From Nitrospirales bacterium (lineage in GTDB: Bacteria > Nitrospirota > Nitrospiria > Nitrospirales > UBA8639), in assembly GCA_963555755.3 (NCBI GenBank), contig OY820905.2:1568001-1632000 (forward strand): a stretch of DNA of 64,000 bases, read 5' to 3'. Each line of letters begins with the position of its first letter. Position 1 is the first letter of the stretch. This document shows, one piece after another, positions 1-10,992 of the stretch. A program made the translations under genes and the position numbers. The notes below the pieces were generated by a model. The model was not told the DNA's origin. It saw only the letters and a list, made by a program, of their open reading frames with translations, and searched no databases.

Positions 1-650
1 TTTCGCAACAACCGAATTTCCAATGCCGCTTCTTCCCCTTCCATGTCATGCTCTTTTTTCAAGCGTGTGCCATTGACAAAGATGGCAATACCTTTTGGAT
101 AGTGAGTCACAAACAGATGTTCAAATGCAGGGTCTAACAGTGGTTGGAAATGCCGCCGAATACTGCCTTCGACAAAACCCGGATCAAGGAGTGGAGACAA
201 GGCATTCTGCAAGGTGAGACGCACGGCCGTGCCTTGCTCAGCCACGAGTCCAGCCGGAGGAACCCACTTCCATGGTGCGCGATGCCGTGACGATAGATGC
301 CATGAAGTTGCCACATGAGTTTTGCCGCGACGGGTTTCCGTCATCACTTCCTGACAGACCAGCAACCCAAGTTTGATCCCCACTCCGGCAAATCCGATTC
401 CTTGGCCACGCACCTTGGAACTGGCGGCAATGTCATGGTATCGGCTCAAGGCCCGCCGTTGCATGCCGGAACCATTATCCACGACAGTGAGCGTGCTTCG
501 AGACGCATCAACCGAAAAGGACAGACGGCTCGCGCCGGAATCTAAGGAATTCGCCACGATCTCGGTCAGGATGGTGTCCTCTAATGCCTCGGGATAGGCA
601 TCACGAAGATCTTCTAATAGATGGAGTAAATCGACTCGGGTTTCGCCCAC
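1..650 (-). CDS. GHKL-family ATPase (HATPase_c_3 / Hsp90-MORC-like), 5' part; runs off the left edge and is not in the ORF track
   Basis: Manual translation from GTG at 650: MGETRVDLLHLLEDLRDAYPEALEDTILTEIVANSLDSG...VVDNGSGMQ...GQGIGFAGVGIKLG. GHKL motifs ExxxNxxD, DNGxGM and the G-rich lid are present, with no stop to the window edge. Confidence 0.8.
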   Translation of the reverse strand, partial: MGETRVDLLHLLEDLRDAYPEALEDTILTEIVANSLDSGASRLSFSVDASRSTLTVVDNGSGMQRRALSRYHDIAASSKVRGQGIGFAGVGIKLGLLVCQEVMTETRRGKTHVATSWHLSSRHRAPWKWVPPAGLVAEQGTAVRLTLQNALSPLLDPGFVEGSIRRHFQPLLDPAFEHLFVTHYPKGIAIFVNGTRLKKEHDMEGEEAALEIRLLR

Positions 651-719
651 GTCTTAGCCTCATAGAGGATATGAAAATGAAATTAGGCTCTTCTCCAAAT
701 CGTGTGGGTAACTTCGATA

Positions 720-1160
720 GGAGATAGGGGTCAGATAGAGATAGGATAGGTGATAGGGGGATAGGGGTCAAATCTTTGGTTGACTAAAAAAGGAAAAGGG
801 GTCAAATCTTTGGTTGAAAAGGGGTCAAATCTTTGGTTGAGAGTTTCGTTTTTAACTCTTCGGCTTTCTTTTGAAAAGGGGTCAAATCTTTGGTTGAGAG
901 TTTCGTTTTTAACTCTTCGGCTTTCTTTTAGCCACTAACCTTTTTATGTGCAAGTGATCTTCTATTCCGAGAAGGGGGCGTGAGCTGAAGTATTAGTCAA
1001 CAAAAGATTTGACCCCTTTTCCTTTTCAGAATAGCCTAAGCTTTTTGTTTGAAACTCTCAACCAAAGATTTGACCCCTTCTCAAGATTTGACCCCTTCTC
1101 CTTCTAAGATTTGACCCCTTCTCATGTTTGAATGTGGCCCTTTTCTCCTCCCTTTTCAGA
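720..1160. repeat. GGGGTCAAATCTTTGGTTGA...TCAACCAAAGATTTGACCCC inverted-repeat element (REPIN/MITE-like), copy 1, with stuttered partial ends
   Basis: Core 874-1079 matches 4038-4270 and partly 38861-39005. The terminal motif is repeated several times on each side. Confidence 0.9.
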
Positions 1161-1162
1161 AT

Positions 1163-1696
1163 TCATTTTTTGAGCTGATTAGCGAATTTATAATCAAAGA
1201 TAAAATGTCCAATCAAACCATCCAAATCTCTTTCCAAATCCTGAATAGTTTTTTTTGATTCAATAAAAATAGGGTCAGGCAACCCATAGGTCCACGTTAC
1301 ACTCCAGGTTCGCACATTAGGAACTCTTTCGGATACAACATTTTCGTAAAGCTCAAGTTTTTGTGAATAAAGAAACTTTCCTTCGCAATCCTCTGACAAA
1401 GGTTTTAAATCTAATGTCAACTTTAGTAAAGGTGAATCACTCTGAGAATCATCATTCACATTTAGTTGTAAACCTTCCTTTTGAAAATGGTTCACCGCAC
1501 GAATAAAAAGACGATCATAGTGTTGGTAAGGAACCCTCAGCATTAATGTTACAGTTTCTAAATCTAATCCCTTTGTGGTCGAAACCAAAGGTTCAGCGTA
1601 GACTGTATTTCCAAAGATTACTATAGACGCAATCATAAACTTGAATACAATCAGAGAAGTGAATTTGCCAAATTCTGGTCTATAGATAATTTTCAT
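1163..1696 (-). CDS. Exported hypothetical protein, candidate orphan immunity protein
   Basis: 177 aa AT-rich ORF with a signal-peptide-like N-terminus (VYA/EP) and RBS GAGGGA. It lies directly downstream of a degenerate CT-like fragment. Confidence 0.6.
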   Translation of the reverse strand: MKIIYRPEFGKFTSLIVFKFMIASIVIFGNTVYAEPLVSTTKGLDLETVTLMLRVPYQHYDRLFIRAVNHFQKEGLQLNVNDDSQSDSPLLKLTLDLKPLSEDCEGKFLYSQKLELYENVVSERVPNVRTWSVTWTYGLPDPIFIESKKTIQDLERDLDGLIGHFIFDYKFANQLKK

Positions 1697-1707
1697 TCCA
1701 ATTCCCT

Positions 1708-1980
1708 CTAGAATTTCTTAATCAGAAATAAATTCCATCCAACAAATACGAGATTATACTTTTCAAAAAGCCTGATCGTAATTAAGCCTCGAACGGCATG
1801 GCCTACATGGTATAAAATTGCCCTGTCCAGGTCCAAAATTTGTCACGACCGGTGCTTGAGAGGTCCTGGTTATGAAGTCTGGAATTATTTGTAAATAGGC
1901 GGGACCAGTAATTCCATTTACTGCTACCGCAAAGTCTGCGAGACCCCCAAACCCTACTTTTCCTGGCAAATCTGTCCATA
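1708..1980 (-). pseudogene. 5'-truncated, frameshifted fragment, possibly a polymorphic toxin C-terminus
   Basis: Begins abruptly after TGACCCC stutter repeats. A frame switch gives LDRAILYHVGHAVRGL...FLIKKF* ending at the RBS of the 177 aa gene. Confidence 0.35.
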
Positions 1981-1982
1981 AT

Positions 1983-2510
1983 GGGGTCATAATGGGGTCA
2001 TAATGGGGTCAGGCCTGCGTTAATGCTTTGATATATCCACGAAGCTGAGAGGGAAGCCCATCCTGCCCTCGCACGCTTGCATCTATTTTTCCAATTTGAC
2101 GACTCAAGGTGGAGGCATCACGATTCCAATAAATCCCCACTTCCTGAATGGTTGCCGTACCAACCGGTGTTTTTGATTGATCCACCGGGTATAGCGGAAG
2201 GCCAGATTTTGCATGATTTGGCTCAACGGTTTTTCCTTCACTTGAATGGCAAAATGGAGGTGGTTGGTCATGCAACAGAAACCATTAATCCGATGGCGAT
2301 AGCGCTCGCCTCCCTGGTGGAGCAACCCATACACGTGATGCCGGTCTTCGTCATCGAAGAAAATATCCTGGCCCCCATTCCCCCGAAGAATCATATGATA
2401 AACCCCTCCCGGGACATGAAGTCATGGTTTTCTGGCCATGATCCAATCGTCATGGAAGGGACTAGATTATTGCAATAACGCAGGCCTGACCCTATCATGA
2501 CCCTATCACT
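1983..2510 (-). mobile_element. Decayed RAYT (Y1/IS200-like REP-associated tyrosine transposase) between GGGGTCAGGCCTGCGTTA inverted repeats; gene remnant 2009-2439
   Basis: MARKP*LHVPGGVYHMILRGNGGQDIF...CCMTNHLHF (HUH). There is an in-frame stop at codon 6 and an internal deletion jumping to an HTH-like C-terminus (QEVGIYWNRDASTLSRQI...ALTQA*). The stop codon lies inside the TGACCCC repeat. Confidence 0.85.
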
Positions 2511-2676
2511 AAAGGAGAGGAGGAACGCTAGACAGAAGTGGAAGGAGACAGGCTGCTCTTCTTGAGACGGCCATCAAGCAATATGACGTCATGCACGTAT
2601 TCCTGTTCAGAAAATCAGCCTGGCCCCTTTTCCAAGCCCAATTTATTCTTCCAAAAAAGGCTATACTGCGATTCAC

Positions 2677-2976
2677 TCAACGTGGCAAGAGCAGCTTTCT
2701 CCGAACATCTTGAAGCCAACTAAACACATTTGTACCATCGGCGGTTGGATCATAATAACACCCAAGCTGCAATAATAATTCCAAAACTTCAGATTCACTA
2801 CACCCAGAGTTTAAAATCTGCTCCAACTCGAATTGAGCCGCACGAATAGACTCCGGCGGTTCAGACTTTACAAAGTCAGCAATCGCCGGATCCCAAGACT
2901 CATAATCTACAGGCCAATCCTGATGGAAATAACAGCCAAAAAATTGGAACAAGGCCGGATATTTATTTTTCATCAT
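2677..2976 (-). CDS. CdiI-type immunity protein (CdiI_2-like, cognate of RNase A-like CdiA-CT)
   Basis: YPALFQFFGCYFHQDW motif, 99 aa, ATGA overlap with the toxin stop codon. Confidence 0.8.
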   Translation of the reverse strand: MMKNKYPALFQFFGCYFHQDWPVDYESWDPAIADFVKSEPPESIRAAQFELEQILNSGCSESEVLELLLQLGCYYDPTADGTNVFSWLQDVRRKLLLPR

Positions 2977-4037
2977 GGTGTTGGAAAACCAGTAACAATA
3001 CGAAAGCCTGTAGGCAGTGAAGTCGACCGGTCCAAAATGACTTTAACATTGGAAGCAGGAATAGCCGTTGAGGCACCTCTAGTTACACTAACTCCCACGG
3101 GACTAGGTAAACCATAGGTGATGACTAAACGTTTAGAATTGCCAGCCAAGAAATTTTGAATGGCAGCATGATTTGCTTTTAAGGCTTGCGACACAGCCGA
3201 TTCTGCTATTGCACGATTTAAAAGGATGAAGCTACCTTCAATCCTGGCTCAGAAGCAAGCCTACTTGACAATTGTGCCGCTGTTTGCCCTACATGACGAG
3301 CTAGTAGATGACCTCCAGCACCCTCATGTGCAGCAAGACCACCTCCAGGAACTATTCTACCAAAGCGCCCCTTCGAACCCAATGATAAAAGTTTTAATCC
3401 CCCTCTAAATACTACTCCAGTCCCAAATAGCGTGGCTGTTTCAACGGCAGTATTAGATAATGCAGGGCGTTGTTGCCCAACAGCTTCTGGCCCAAAGGCA
3501 AACTCATAAACATTTGGTGCTGAAAAGATTCCACTGTGTGAATAATCAACCCCAAATGGCGAGGAGTTACTCTGTGATCCAGTTTGGCTTGGCAGCGGAG
3601 TAGCCGTAACTTGAACAGTCTCTAGCGTATAATCGGCTGGGGCAAAATTATTCGATGATGCTGATGATCCTGTAGAACCTGCTGATGTGTCGCGCCCCCA
3701 GCCCCAGTCGTTCTTTAAATCAGTCCACCAATCATTCCACCAGGCATGGCCGGTGGGGTCGGTGTAGATAATGGGGTTATTGCGGACATAGCTGTAGCGA
3801 TTCAGCGCTTGTGGATCCATGGGATCTGGCACGATGGTATCTGGTGAGATGAATCGTCCCAGCACCGGATCGTAGTACCGCGCTTCGTAGAAATAGAGTC
3901 CCGTCTCGTTGTCTAATTCTTGGCCCGTGTATTTATACGCCACATCGGAGGTACCGGTATGGGTGTAGGTGTCGCCGTAGGGATAGTAGGCGTTGTCTTC
4001 TTCACTCACGCCATTGGCATCGGTGAGCACACTCGTG
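2973..4037 (-). pseudogene. Orphan Rhs core end plus bacterial RNase A-like toxin CT, 5'-truncated and frameshifted at about 3220
   Basis: YKYTGQELDNETGLYFYEARYYDPVLGRFISPD...YVRNNPIIYTDPTGH (Rhs core and DPxG site). The CT reads LAAHEGAGGHLLARHVG...VASSF, and one extra T in TTTTAAA joins it to LNRAIAESAVSQ...FRIVTGFPTP. Confidence 0.85.
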
Positions 4038-4270
4038 AAAAAGGGGTCAAATCTTTGGTTGAGAGTTTCGTTTTTAACTCTTCGGCTTTCTTTTAGCCAC
4101 TAACCTTTTTATGTGCAAGTGATCTTCTATTCCGAGAAGGGGGCGTGAGCTGAAGTATTAGTCAACAAAAGATTTGACCCCTTTTCCTTTTCAGAATAGC
4201 CTAAGCTTTTTGTTTGAAACTCTCAACCAAAGATTTGACCCCTTTTTCAACCAAAGATTTGACCCCTTTT
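4038..4270. repeat. GGGGTCAAATCTTTGGTTGA element, copy 2
   Basis: Appears identical by eye to 874-1079. It joins the Rhs fragment to a RAYT 5' fragment. Confidence 0.9.
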
Positions 4271-4329
4271 CCACGGAGCATCACGTGATAGACACCTCCG
4301 GGGACATGCAGTCTGGGTTTCCTGACCAT
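4271..4329 (-). pseudogene. N-terminal fragment of a second RAYT
   Basis: MVRKPRLHVPGGVYHVMLR, paralogous to the start at 2439. It is preceded by a GGGGTCAGGCTTGC repeat with stutter at 4370-4398. Confidence 0.75.
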
Positions 4330-4742
4330 AGTCCAATAATAAGGTAACGGGTAAATTAAGGCAATAGTGCAAGCCTGACCCCGTCATGACCCCGTCATTA
4401 AGGTTTACCGGGCATCGAGAAAAAAGCTCCAGTCCCCTTTCTCAAGTGTCTGTCAATTCCGGGCCACCCCAAGTCTTGACTTAATACTTGAGCTTCCTTC
4501 TGGTCTGCCCATTGGGGGAAGATCAATCGGTGCATGGGAAAGTTAAGCCAGTCCCTGGAAAGCTGGCCACGGCGGAATCGCGCCAAAATTGTATTAAATC
4601 AAGACCTGCCCCCCAACACTGAGCCCCAACACTCTGGAAACCCAGCCACGGCTAGGACAAACGAAAAATATATTAAGTCAAGACCTGACCTCTCCCATTT
4701 GGCTATTGGAGTGAAATATTCAACAGCCCCTGAATGCAATAA

Positions 4743-5250
<508 letters not shown>

Positions 5251-5496
5251 TTTATCTCCACCGAACAACGCCGAAATATAGCACACCTGTACGAATCTCA
5301 ACCTAAGCCAATTAGGCAAATAATAACTTTCTTTACCTAAGAAACAAGGTACTTTTTGGAAATTCGTTTGGGGTGTTTGTCCTACAAAAGCCGAAGAAGA
5401 GAAAACCCTTTTTAGGAACCAAAACAAAAGGGAATAACGTTCTGGTTAATTCTGGAGAGGAAGGGGGCTAGACTGGAGGCTTCAAGGGGAGAAACG

Positions 5497-6126
5497 CTAT
5501 TCAATCAAACGATAGTCGAGCGCATACTTCATCAGCTCTCGTGTCGTGGTGAGGTGTAATTTCTCTAAGATCCGCGATCGGTGGGTACTGACAGTCTTCG
5601 GACTGATGAACAGCCCGTCGGCAATCTCAGTCGGGGTTTTCCCTTTCCCCAGCAGGCAAAAAATTTCCAGCTCCCGGTCGGACAACCTGTCATGGGGAAC
5701 TCCCTCCCAGGATTGTCCCAATCGGTCGGCAAGTTGTTTGGAAAAAGCCTGACTCACATACTTACCTCCGTCCACCACTTGCCTAACGGCTTTGATAAGT
5801 TCTTCCGTGACGGAATCCTTGGCCAAATATGCCGACGCCCCACCTTGGTACGCACGCATAGCAAATTGTTCCACCGGATGTAGACTGAGAATGATGACAG
5901 GTAAGGTAGGCCGAACCTGCTTCATCTGCTTTAATACATCAAGGCCAGGGAGGTCAGGCAAATTCAGGTCCAGAATCACAGCGTCCCATGCCCCCTCTTT
6001 AACTTTGTCCACTGCTCCCCGCCCCGTTCCCACTTCATCAAAATCTAGATCGGAAAATGCTTGAGACAGGAGTTGTTGGAGACCAAGGCGGACAATGTCA
6101 TGATCATCCGCAACAAGTATCTTCAC
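5497..6126 (-). CDS. NarL/FixJ-family response regulator (REC + LuxR HTH)
   Basis: KILVADDH...ILDLNLP...YLAK; LSDRELEIF...EIADGLFISPKTVSTHRSRILEKL. Confidence 0.95.
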   Translation of the reverse strand: MKILVADDHDIVRLGLQQLLSQAFSDLDFDEVGTGRGAVDKVKEGAWDAVILDLNLPDLPGLDVLKQMKQVRPTLPVIILSLHPVEQFAMRAYQGGASAYLAKDSVTEELIKAVRQVVDGGKYVSQAFSKQLADRLGQSWEGVPHDRLSDRELEIFCLLGKGKTPTEIADGLFISPKTVSTHRSRILEKLHLTTTRELMKYALDYRLIE

Positions 6127-6410
6127 GACGGTCCTTTCATAGTTTTTTTACATACCGGAAGGGTAACCTGCACATGAGTTCCTTCCCCGGGTTTCCCCAC
6201 AATGGTAAATTGCCCACCCAACATCACCGTGCGCTCTTTCATGCCTAGAATCCCTAAGGTATTGGGTGACTCAATCCTCTGAGGAGCAATGCCGATTCCA
6301 TTGTCGGTCATGTCTAAGATGATCGTCTCCTCCCTTAGACTGATCGTGAATTGGACCTTCGAAGCCTGAGCATGGCGCATCACATTGGTGAGAAATTCCT
6401 GAATGGGAAT
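6123..6410 (-). pseudogene. Histidine kinase HATPase_c C-terminal remnant
   Basis: IQEFLTNVMRHAQAS...DNGIG...LGILGMKER...PGEGT. No HisKA or sensor domain is present upstream. Confidence 0.8.
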
Positions 6411-6607
6411 AAAAGGTTTCCCATACAAACATGCTGAAGGCGAAAAGCGTGGTTCCGATCCCTAGCAGAGCTAGAAGGAAATCTAATTTTGAGTGACGGT
6501 ATAGAGTTGGTTGTGTTGGGTAAGATTCCATAAATGATTATTTTTGGTGCAGAAAGGTGGTTCAAAAAATCGCACGCTCCAATGCTTGAGAGGGTATGAT
6601 CAACTTG

Positions 6608-6750
6608 AGGGCACCTCTAAAAACCGTCCTTTTCCGTGATGGCGGCGTCAGCCGCGTGCTCACATCCTCATGTATTCGCCCATACACTCCGGTTTTCCGC
6701 GCGCGGCTTCCTTGCCCTCACAAAACATGCCTGGTTGTTAGAGGTGCCCT
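6608..6750 (+). mobile_element. MITE family B (AGGGCACCTCTAA...TTAGAGGTGCCCT)
   Basis: Terminal inverted repeats; inverted copy at 41777-41919. Confidence 0.85.
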
Positions 6751-6892
6751 TGCGCCAAATTTGGCTTCGTCAACACATGGAGCGTATTCCCTGATCTCTG
6801 CCCATTCAACATGTTATGTCCAGGTGAATTGTCTGTTCAGGGTCAAATTTTCCTTACGTTGACAATACCCTAGACCTCATAAAAATGGGTGA

Positions 6893-6932
6893 ATAAAAAA
6901 AGCCCTTGGGTGCGTCTCAAGCCCCAAAGGCC
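6893..6932 (-). terminator. Intrinsic terminator-like hairpin
   Basis: Minus strand GCCTTTGGGGCTTGAGACGCACCCAAGGGC followed by TTTTTTT. Confidence 0.55.
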
Positions 6933-7051
6933 ATCCGTAGTCTCAACAGGGTTATCGTATCGTTAATGGTGGTGGGTTCGGTCGTCTCCTTCGACTCACC
7001 ACCCCATCGTAGTTCAGAAGTAAAGTGTAAAGAACGGGGGTAATGAAAGTA

Positions 7052-8063
7052 TATGCCTTCCCATTTAACTAAGGTTGCTTCAGTTTATTGAATCCCAAGG
7101 GTTTTGAGCTGCTGGTCAGGATTTTCAACAAACTCTGGAAGGTACTCATTGGAGTCTCACGGCGGTTATAGCGAAAGACAAACTCATCAAGATAGTGTTG
7201 CAGGTATTTTGAATCCACTCCATGGTGAATCCCGTTCAGCCAGGTCTGCAGATTGCCGAACGCTCTATGGATGTGTGGAGCGTGCTTCCCAGCACTTGCT
7301 GGGTCACCCTGGGTCCGTCTCAGGTGTTCGTATCCTGCCAAGGCTTTTGCCGAGTATCCCTTCCAACCATCGGACTTGATCTTACTGCCCTCAGCGACAT
7401 GGCTATTGAGGAATGCTTTGATCTCGTTCTCTCCAGCGTCTTGAAGAATCGCTAATCGTAAACGCCCTGCTTTCTCTCGAAAGTGATCCCCTTGTGTGTA
7501 CGTGACAATTTCTACGGCTCCGGCTATTAACGTCTTGGTTTTCGCTTTCGCGACGCCACGGCCCGTTTTGCCTTTTACCGGTCCACCGATATGGGTTTCA
7601 TCGGCTTCAACTGTTCCTGCGAGCCGTTCACGGTTCTGTCGTATCATTCCTCGTCGCAATCTGTGGAGCAAATACCAGGCGCTATCCACCTTCTTGATAC
7701 TGAGTTGACGCTGCAATTGCACAGCACTGATGCCAGGTGTGTGCGTGGAGACGAAATAGGCAGCCCAAAACCAAAGCCGTAGCGGCAAGTGCGATCTATG
7801 CATCACTGTGCCGCTTAGCGGTGATGTCTGTCTATGACACGACGAACACTCAAACCGGAAATATTTTTTGAGCCACCAACCACCGCGATGACCGCAAGCT
7901 GGACACATAAACCCGTCTGGCCACCGAATCGCCCGCAAGTACTCGAAGCACGCTTCTTCGGTGTGGAACCTAACAGAAAAATCCAAGATATCAGCAGCAT
8001 ACCCTGTGTCCATAGTCCAGCAGACTAGTCTAGGGACTAACCTTAGTCAAATGGGAAGGCATA
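7052..8063 (-). mobile_element. IS1595-family IS, complete, copy 1
   Basis: IR TATGCCTTCCCATTT(A/G)ACTAAG; 8 bp TSD TGAAAGTA at 7044-7051 and 8064-8071. Confidence 0.95.
7069..8013 (-). CDS. IS1595 transposase
   Basis: Zn ribbon (RWPDGFMCPAC...CSSC), VEADET, SDGW and YLDEFVFRYN motifs. Confidence 0.95.
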   Translation of the reverse strand: MDTGYAADILDFSVRFHTEEACFEYLRAIRWPDGFMCPACGHRGGWWLKKYFRFECSSCHRQTSPLSGTVMHRSHLPLRLWFWAAYFVSTHTPGISAVQLQRQLSIKKVDSAWYLLHRLRRGMIRQNRERLAGTVEADETHIGGPVKGKTGRGVAKAKTKTLIAGAVEIVTYTQGDHFREKAGRLRLAILQDAGENEIKAFLNSHVAEGSKIKSDGWKGYSAKALAGYEHLRRTQGDPASAGKHAPHIHRAFGNLQTWLNGIHHGVDSKYLQHYLDEFVFRYNRRETPMSTFQSLLKILTSSSKPLGFNKLKQP

Positions 8064-8331
8064 TGAAAGTAAATTGGGTGTATTAGCTAGGTGAAGACCT
8101 TAAGAACGAATGGGATATCGAGAAGATGGAGCTGCCAGGGACAACGAAGCCCCCGCGACGCCCGGACAAACTACGCGAGATTCGGTTTAAATACTATTTC
8201 TGGGCAGTTCTGGCGATGGGGGTACGGGAACGACACCTAGGGCTTCTTTTTTGCCAGAGGGGATCAAGCGTACCCATCATGGCATACCCAAATCATAAAA
8301 ATCCGCAGTATCGTTGCCATTCTCCTCCTGC

Positions 8332-8402
8332 CCATCCTCGCGGCGCTCGAAGATCCCACCGTGATCATCAAGATTCTGGGCCACCTGGGCCTACCCCGCC
8401 GC
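8332..8402 (+). pseudogene. Short ISCR/IS91 transposase C-terminal fragment
   Basis: Nearly identical to 10576-10646 (ILAALEDPTVIIKILGHLGLPR). Confidence 0.75.
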
Positions 8403-10306
8403 CAGGGCTATTTCATTGTAACGTGTAACGTCATCAATCATAAGAAATAATTGCTTGCGGCTGGCTTTTTCGTTTCGTTTGAGGCATACTCTTGTGTATG
8501 CCCAACGAAGCGCCCCACGAACATCCGGCCATCGATCTTCGCCAAATCGTGGTTCGGCCGATTGTCCGTGACGAGAAGGACACCTTCACGACCCTGCTCG
8601 CCCACCATCACTACCTCGGGCCTGCCCCGCTGATTGGCCAATCGATCCAATACCTCGCCTGTGTGCAGGATCGCTGGCTGGCCTTGTTGGTGTTTGCGGC
8701 GGCGGCGCTCAAATCGCACGCCCGCGACCACTGGATCGGCTGGGCTCCCTGTTTTCACTGGCAACGGCTCCATTTACTGGCCAACAACACCCGGTTTCTC
8801 ATCCTGCCGGGCTGTTCGCAACCGAACCTCGCCTCGAAAGTCCTGTCGCTCTGCACGAAACGGATTGCGGCCGATTGGCACCAGTGCCACGGCTATCCCT
8901 TGCTTCTCTTAGAAACCTTTGTCGATCCTGCCCGCTTCCACGGAACCTGCTATCGAGCGGCCGGCTGGCACGAGCTCGGGCTGACCCGAGGGTTTCGCAA
9001 GTCCAATACACAGTATATTCAGCATGACCGCCCCAAACGCATCCTGGTCAGGAGTCTGCATCCCCACGCCCGAGCCATCCTGACACACCCGATGCTCCCT
9101 CAGCCCTATCAGAAAGGAGACGCGCCGCAGATGCGATTGAATACCAAACAGACGGACTCCCTCTTGACCTATGTGGGGCAATTGACCGATCCCCGGAGTT
9201 TGCAAGGACAACGGCATCCCCGACGTGCCCTCACCGCGATCATGTTCTGTGCCACCTTGTGCGGTGCCCGCGGCTCTGAAGCCATCTCGGACTGGGCCCA
9301 GCATGTCTCGCAGCCGATGCGAAGGCGGCTGGGCTGTCGCCAACGAGGGGGACGCTACATCGTCCCCAGCCGCAGCACCCTCTACCGGTTTATCAATGCC
9401 GTCGATCCCTGTGAAGTCGACCACCTGCTCGGCCGGTGGCTGGCCACCTTCGGAGGGGAGGATCCGGGCATCGCCATTGATGGCAAGACCATGCGGGGGA
9501 CCTCGAAGGACCCGCGCAACCAGACTCATGTCCTCAGTGCCGTCACCCATCAAGCGGGTCGCCACCTCACCCCAAAAAAGTTGACACCAAGACCCATGAG
9601 ATCACCTGCGTGCAGCCCTTGTTAGAGGAAGTCGAGATCGCGGGCACGGTCATCACGGCGGATGCGCTCCTGACCCAGAAAGCGATCGCTGAGTACCTTG
9701 TGCAAGAACGGGGGGCCGACTTCGTCTTCACCGTCAAGGAGAACCAGCCGACCTTGAAGCGCGCCATTGCGGCCTTGGGGTTGCGAGCACGACGGGGTGA
9801 TGCGGAAACGACCGAGAAAGGCCACGGGCGGATCACGACCCGGCGGATCTGGTGCGACGACTCCCTGAAGGCCTCTCTCACCTTTCCTCATGTGCAGCAA
9901 GTCTGCTGCATTGAGCGGGAAGTCACGCATCGCAAGAAGGGCCTCACGACGGTCGAGGCGGTCTACGGCATCACGAGTCAGTCACCAGCAAAGGCGCTGC
10001 CAGAGAAAATTCTCGCGCAAAACCGGAAACATTGGAGCGTGGAGAATAAGCAGCATGATGTGCTGGATGGCACCTGTGATGAAGACCGCAGTCAGATCAG
10101 AAGTCTCAATGGGCCGAGGGTCATGACCTGTCTGCGATGCGCAGCCATCAGTCTCTTACGAATCAAAGGGATCACCAATATCGCGCAGGCCTGTCGATGG
10201 CTGTGGGCCAAGCCGCATGTCGCGATCCGCATGGTGTTGCCCTAAAAAAAGAAAAGACAACACCCTCATGAAACCACTTGCTTATAAAAAGAATGAAATG
10301 GCCCTG
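8403..10306 (+). mobile_element. ISAs1-family IS carrying a DUF4338 (DruA-like) N-terminal domain
   Basis: IRs CAGGGCTATTTCAT / ATGAAATGGCCCTG; no TSD visible. Confidence 0.85.
8492..10245 (+). CDS. DUF4338 + ISAs1 DDE transposase, joined by a probable -1 frameshift at A_AAA_AAG (about 9574-9580)
   Basis: HHYLG...NNTRFLILP...NLASKVLS...LLETFVD...GTCYRAAGW, then DPR...IAIDGKTMRG. The -1 frame continues VDTKTHEI...TADALLTQK...VKENQ...EKGHGR...HWSVEN. Confidence 0.8.
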
Positions 10307-10934
10307 ACCCAGCTGGTGATGACCCCGCTGGAATTCCTGCAACGCCTGGCCGCCCTCGTCCCACGTCCGCGCCTCCATCTATGGCGTGCTCGCCCCCAAC
10401 GCGGCGTTGCGGTCCCAGATCGTGCCCGGCGCGGCCGACCCGGCGCCGAACACCGCCAATGAGGAGGGCGATGCCCTCGCTCCTTCAACACGAGCCCGCC
10501 TGAGCTGGGCCCAATGACTCAAACGCGTCTTCGCCATCGACATTACCACCTGTCCACAATGCGGCGGGCCATTGACCATCCTCGCGGCGATCGAAGATCC
10601 CACCGTGATCATCAAGATTCTGGGCCACCTGGGCCTACCCCGCCGCGCCCCACCACGAGCCCCAGCCCGCCTCGACGCATTCATGCAAACCGCCTAATCC
10701 CTCCCCGGATTCCGGTTCGGTACCCGAACCGACACTCCCCCTTTGCCCGTTTCCACCCTACACGCCACGAGCAAGCAACAGATTTGGCATAATCCTTGGC
10801 AAAAGGGCCAGGAAGCCCCGACTCACCGGATGCACTCCCGCCTTTCAGACGGCGAAGTGTGCGGATGGACCCCTCACCGCGTTCGTTGGTACGTTGCAGT
10901 CTAGTCAAAAAGGCCTTTTGAATTTCCTATTCCC
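10307..10934 (+). mobile_element. ISCR/IS91-family 3' remnant with oriIS, left copy
   Basis: PLEFLQRLAALVPRPRLH...KRVFAIDITTCPQCGG, with a deletion and a stop. It ends TTTTGAATTTCCTATTCCC, resembling the ISCR oriIS end. Confidence 0.8.
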
Positions 10935-10992
10935 GAACCATCTGACTCAATCCAGCACTCCCTCATGACGATCGCTCACATCGGGCTGGCTC

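Noticed and set aside
720..1160. CRISPR array
   Set aside because: Repeats occur in both orientations with irregular spacing, there are no unique equal-length spacers, and no cas genes are present.
8492..9110. Druantia defence system
   Set aside because: The DUF4338 domain lies inside ISAs1 IRs and no other dru genes are present.
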